Assembly: GCA_016699425.1 (NCBI GenBank)
Contig: CP064975.1
Coordinates: forward strand, 859,957 to 923,956
Direction: 5' to 3'
Length of the DNA: 64,000 bases
From: Candidatus Moraniibacteriota bacterium
Lineage (GTDB): Bacteria > Patescibacteriota > Minisyncoccia > Moranbacterales > UBA1568
Below are positions 60,319-64,000 of this stretch, in pieces; the stretch's first letter is position 1; the number at the start of each line of letters is the position of its first letter. The notes below the pieces were generated by a model. The model made no database searches and had not been told where the DNA came from. It worked only from the letters and a program-made list of their open reading frames with translations. Both the position numbers and the translations under genes were made by a program.

Positions 60319-60575
60319 GGCGGGCAAAGTAGAGATCGAAATAGTGAGCAATAGCGGGGCGGTAGTTATTTCTCTTGCCTTTCCTTTGGGAAAAATACAC
60401 TTCGGCCACCCTCTGTATCCCGAGCAGTGCAATAAGCGCCCGGACATCACGCCAATCCCCATAATTTAGGGTATGCTCGACAATCGAAGCTTCGGATAGG
60501 CGTGAGGCATCGTTGACATACCACACGAGGTGCGGTCGGGACTGGATAAAGGCACTCAACGCAGTACTCTGCCTC
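60305..60575 (-). CDS. putative cognate antitoxin/partner (90 aa) of AbiEii-like gene
   Basis: C-terminal 90 codons of ORF 60305..60886 from MRQSTAL; 10-nt spacing to toxin start; family not recognised. Confidence 0.4.
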
Positions 60576-60641
60576 ATATGTTTCTCATTTTCTTCCTTTA
60601 GTATAGCAGAAAATGAGAGATTTTTCCTTGGGAGCACCGCT

Positions 60642-61568
60642 CTATTTCTTCTTCCCCTTCCGAATGAAGTCATAGGCCGCGAGGGCAGCAGTGACACCGA
60701 GGCCAGCCGAGATGTTGTTCTGCTTGTAGGGTGCATCAGTCGCATCGCCAGTCGCAAAGATACCGGGTTTCGAAGTCGTTGCCCGGCGTGTATCGAGGAT
60801 GATTTCCCCGCGCTCATTGAGCTCGAGCAGACCCTGTGCAAACTCAGTATTTGGCACCATGCCGATCTCGACGAAGACACCATCAAGCGCGATGTCCTTC
60901 ACCTCAGCTGTCGTTTTATCCTGGTACCGGAGCGCTTCCACCTTGGTCTCACCGATGATTTCCTGGGTCACGGCATTATAGATGACACTCACTTTGGGGG
61001 AGGCAAGGATCTTCTCCTGCGTGATCTTATCCCCCTTCAGCTCGCCGCCCCGAACGAACAGGACGATCTCATTGGCATATGGCAACAGGTCCTCGACTGC
61101 TTCCAAGGCTGAGTTGCCACTCCCGACGACTGCGACTTTCCTCTGCTTGAAAAACGGCGCATCACAAGTCGAGCAGTAAACGACGCCGTGACCGTTGAAT
61201 TTTTCTTCTCCCGGAACAGCCAAGTGGCGGTGCCGACCCCCGGTCGCGACGATGAGGGTTTTCGTGTCATAGCTGCCCTGATCAGTCGTGATGCGGTAGC
61301 CACCGGTCGGGAGCTCGGTCAGACCCGTCGCGCGCTCACCGGTTTTTATCTCGAGCCCTTCCTGAGCCCGCAAATGCTTTTCCAGTGCCTGACCGAATTC
61401 CCAACCAGCGATTGAGACAGTCCCAATCCAGTTTTCGATCGAGGCCGACACGACGGACTGACTCAGGAAGTTTTCCGTGATGAAAAGCGTTTTGATTTGT
61501 TTCCGCGCGGCATACACGCCGGCAGCAATACCCCCTGGTCCCCCGCCCACGATAATACAGTCATACAT
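60642..61568 (-). CDS. trxB: thioredoxin-disulfide reductase
   Basis: GGGPGG FAD motif, CSTC redox centre, GSGNSA NADPH motif. Confidence 0.9.
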   Translation of the reverse strand: MYDCIIVGGGPGGIAAGVYAARKQIKTLFITENFLSQSVVSASIENWIGTVSIAGWEFGQALEKHLRAQEGLEIKTGERATGLTELPTGGYRITTDQGSYDTKTLIVATGGRHRHLAVPGEEKFNGHGVVYCSTCDAPFFKQRKVAVVGSGNSALEAVEDLLPYANEIVLFVRGGELKGDKITQEKILASPKVSVIYNAVTQEIIGETKVEALRYQDKTTAEVKDIALDGVFVEIGMVPNTEFAQGLLELNERGEIILDTRRATTSKPGIFATGDATDAPYKQNNISAGLGVTAALAAYDFIRKGKKK

Positions 61569-61668
61569 AAAAGAAATTCAAAATATAAAAGTTAAAGTGA
61601 AAAACCAAGGAGTCGCTTCGCGACACAATAATTTTTCATTTTGATATTTGCATTTTCCATTGAGTTTA

Positions 61669-62031
61669 TTACTGCATCTTGAACAGACTCTTCAAGTAGG
61701 CTTCATCAATTTTTTTCTTCCCATCCCACTTACAGACGAGGTCATCCTTCAGGAGCTCGACCCCGAGCATCGCCACGGCTTCTCGAATCGCTGAAATCTG
61801 AGCGATGATGTCGAGACATTCGTCATTCTCTTCGACCATACGACGGACACCGCGGAGTTGACCCTCGACACGCGCGACACGTGCCAGGACGGCTTCCCGG
61901 CCCGAGCGCGGCTTCACGGCTTCACGCTTCTGTTTTCCTGAATGTGGTTTCATTGCGGACATAACAATATACCCTCTGGGGGTATAGTACCCCTCGTCAG
62001 CCCGACTGTCAACGTACTCGACCGCCGTCAC
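61669..62031 (-). CDS. CsoR/RcnR-family metal-sensing repressor (start probably internal)
   Basis: LARVARVEGQLRGVRRMVEENDECLDIIAQISAIREAV. Confidence 0.7.
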   Translation of the reverse strand: MTAVEYVDSRADEGYYTPRGYIVMSAMKPHSGKQKREAVKPRSGREAVLARVARVEGQLRGVRRMVEENDECLDIIAQISAIREAVAMLGVELLKDDLVCKWDGKKKIDEAYLKSLFKMQ

Positions 62032-63443
62032 GCTGCCAGGAGTCGCTGCACGCCCGAGCGGAATTGATCCCCCCGATCGAACTCGTTCTGGAACAGACCG
62101 AAGCTCGCGACACCGGGCGAGAGGAGCACCACATCCCCTGGCTCTGCTTCATCCGTCGCGACGCGCAGTGCATCCTCCATACTCGCGACAACAGGAAAGA
62201 GCACGTCCGATTTCCCGGCCGCTGAAGCAGCCTGCTCCATGAGCGGTAAAAGCTTCTCAGTCGCTGTCCCTTGGAAGAGCACCACGGCTTTCGGCTCAGT
62301 CGCAAATACCCGGGCCAGCTCGGCGTAATCAAAGGCCTTGTCCGCTCCGCCAGCAATGAGCACTACCGGTGCCGTGAAGGCTCGGATACCCGCCATGGCC
62401 GCTTCCGGCATCGTCGCCGCTGTATCATTGAAGTACCGCACCCCTTCTCGCTCCCCGACGAGCTCGAGGCGATGCGGCACACCCCGAAACGTCGCCAGAG
62501 CAGCACGGATCACGTTCGGGGAAACGCCTTGTGTCCGAGCAGCAGCGATCGCCGCGAGGATATTGCTTCGATTATGTTCGCCACGCAGAGCGACCTCGGG
62601 CCAAGGAAAGAGCAGCTGTTCCCCGGCAGCCGTTCGCTCATACACCGTACCCGATCGGAAGAAGACCCCTTCCCCTTCCGTCAGCTCATGCTCGGAGAAC
62701 CAGACGATGCGACTCTTCGCCTGAAGGGCCATCGCTCGCGTGCCTTCATTGTCACAATTCAGGATCAGCCAATCATCTTGCTTCTGGAAACGGAAGATGA
62801 CCTCTTTATCGGCCACATAGGCCGCCATCTTCTTGTAATAATTCAGGTGGTCAGGATAGATATTGGTCACCACGGCCACCGATGGCGAATAGGCGTGCGA
62901 AACAAAGGAGGAGAGTCGCCACGAAGAAAGCTCTGCGACCACGGCTGAGTCTCGGGTCAACTGCGCCAGTGCATCGAGGAAACCGATTTGACTGATACCA
63001 GCCCGGACAATTTCCTTGCCTGACTGCTCCAGGATATGGGCGATGAGTGAAGCTGTCGTTGTCTTGCCCTTGGTCCCCGTGATACCGATCATCGGGCGTT
63101 TCGTGAGCTGGATGAAAAGACTCGCGTCCATCTCAACGGGGACATGCTGAGTCAGGGCAAGCTTGATATATTCATTCGTCCAGGCGATGACCGGATTCTT
63201 CACCACCATATCCGCCTGAGTGAAGTCTTCGGAGCGGTGCTGCCCCAAAACGTAGGTGATGTTCTTATACTTCGCGAGTTCTCGGATAGTCGGCGCTAGG
63301 TCTTCCTTCGTCTTGATATCGGTCGCGATCACCTCGCGCACCCCCGCCTCGATGAGGAATTTGATCGTCGCTAAAGCGCCTCGATTGAGACCGATGCCGA
63401 AAACCGTAATGCGCTTGCCTTTGAACCAATCAGATTTCAGCAT
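62028..63443 (-). CDS. murD: UDP-N-acetylmuramoyl-L-alanine--D-glutamate ligase
   Basis: GITGTKGKTTTASL P-loop, Mur ligase domains. Confidence 0.9.
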   Translation of the reverse strand: MLKSDWFKGKRITVFGIGLNRGALATIKFLIEAGVREVIATDIKTKEDLAPTIRELAKYKNITYVLGQHRSEDFTQADMVVKNPVIAWTNEYIKLALTQHVPVEMDASLFIQLTKRPMIGITGTKGKTTTASLIAHILEQSGKEIVRAGISQIGFLDALAQLTRDSAVVAELSSWRLSSFVSHAYSPSVAVVTNIYPDHLNYYKKMAAYVADKEVIFRFQKQDDWLILNCDNEGTRAMALQAKSRIVWFSEHELTEGEGVFFRSGTVYERTAAGEQLLFPWPEVALRGEHNRSNILAAIAAARTQGVSPNVIRAALATFRGVPHRLELVGEREGVRYFNDTAATMPEAAMAGIRAFTAPVVLIAGGADKAFDYAELARVFATEPKAVVLFQGTATEKLLPLMEQAASAAGKSDVLFPVVASMEDALRVATDEAEPGDVVLLSPGVASFGLFQNEFDRGDQFRSGVQRLLAA

Positions 63444-63536
63444 AGGGAGAGAGGGCTGTACCGGTTCCGTACATCCAGAAATTATAAAAATATACCCGGG
63501 ACGTGAAGCCTCAATAGCCTGGTCGCTGGCACGAGA

Positions 63537-64000
63537 CTACCAGGGAAGCCACGAATGGGGTTTGCGATAGATCCGACCCGGCCGCTTGCCATTATACACC
63601 CCGTTCTCAATCGTCAAAATCCCGTTCACCAAGAGCGCCTCCACACCAACGGCATACTGATAAGGGTCTTCCATCGTCGCCTTATCAGCGATAGTCTCTG
63701 GATCGAAGACGACAATATCCGCCGCGGACCCAACCGTGAGGAATCCCCGGCCTTCCAGCCGGAATTTCTTCGCTGGTTTCCCCGTCATCTTGTGCACTGC
63801 CTCTTCCCAGGAGAGCGAACGTTGACGCCGGACATATTCAGCAAAGACTCGTGGAAAGGTACCGAAGTTCCGCGGGTGAACATGATCACCCGTTTCAGCG
63901 TGTTTGAGATTGTAGCCCGAGCCATTTGAGCTGACGATCGAAAATGGATGCCGGATGGCCTTCTGGACGTTTTTCTCCGAGAGTGTTTCAAGCGATACGA
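63537..64000 (-). CDS. amidohydrolase (D-aminoacylase-like), partial, continues beyond window end
   Basis: C-terminal region HPRNFGTFPRVFAEYVRRQRSLSWEEAVHKMTGKPAKKFRLEGRGFL... reads in frame up to window edge. Confidence 0.7.
   Translation of the reverse strand, partial: VSLETLSEKNVQKAIRHPFSIVSSNGSGYNLKHAETGDHVHPRNFGTFPRVFAEYVRRQRSLSWEEAVHKMTGKPAKKFRLEGRGFLTVGSAADIVVFDPETIADKATMEDPYQYAVGVEALLVNGILTIENGVYNGKRPGRIYRKPHSWLPW

Noticed and set aside
60575-60886. N-terminal two thirds of ORF 60305..60886 (Ser/Arg-rich)
   Set aside because: It runs antisense or overlaps the trxB 3' end and has no coding character. Only the C-terminal 90 codons upstream of the AbiEii gene are retained as a candidate.

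Overview
This 64 kb window comes from a compact, fairly GC-rich bacterial genome that is probably from the Candidate Phyla Radiation (Patescibacteria). The 16S rRNA gene, partial at the window start on the minus strand, has mismatches at the universal 515F and EUB338 sites, and the ribosomal and translation genes are small and tightly packed. Standard genetic code is assumed: ORFs up to 1255 aa are intact.

Main contents, left to right:
- 1-812: partial 16S rRNA.
- 5.6-9.7 kb: ribosomal operon rpsI-rplM-rplQ-rpoA-rpsD-rpsK-rpsM-rpmJ-infA. The rpoA gene lacks the alpha C-terminal domain.
- 9.9-11.8 kb: uppS and a polyprenyl synthase.
- 12.0-15.3 kb: a tRNA cluster (Thr-Tyr-Thr-Trp-Glu) with rpmG and a HIT gene embedded, and an AT-rich zinc-ribbon gene wedged next to tRNA-Glu.
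- 15.3-21.5 kb: tsf, rpsB, rpmE, prfA and prmC.
- 23-26 kb: cell-envelope genes and rmuC.
- 29.4-35.3 kb: two AT-rich cargo cassettes delimited by three att-like direct repeats. The first carries a kinase, a serine hydrolase and an APH-family phosphotransferase. The second carries an Scs-like thiol-disulfide and Met-rich copper module plus an XRE regulator.
- 36.8-45.5 kb: a five-gene operon with a VirD4/TraG-like type IV coupling protein and a 1255-aa LysM polytopic protein.
- 45.7-56.4 kb: two GT39/PMT glycosyltransferases, ftsQ, holB, two GT4 genes, mreB and a frameshifted murA.
- 56.7-59.3 kb: a complete diversity-generating retroelement (RT, Avd, TR, and a target gene with a 3' VR showing adenine-specific mismatches). 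A C9/G9 homopolymer sits in the overlapping 5' ends of RT and avd.
- 59.6-64.0 kb: an AbiEii-type toxin-antitoxin cassette inserted after trxB with duplication of the trxB 3' end, then a CsoR-like repressor, murD and a partial amidohydrolase.

The same insert-plus-3'-end-duplication architecture recurs where a HIT gene sits after the T4CP gene.
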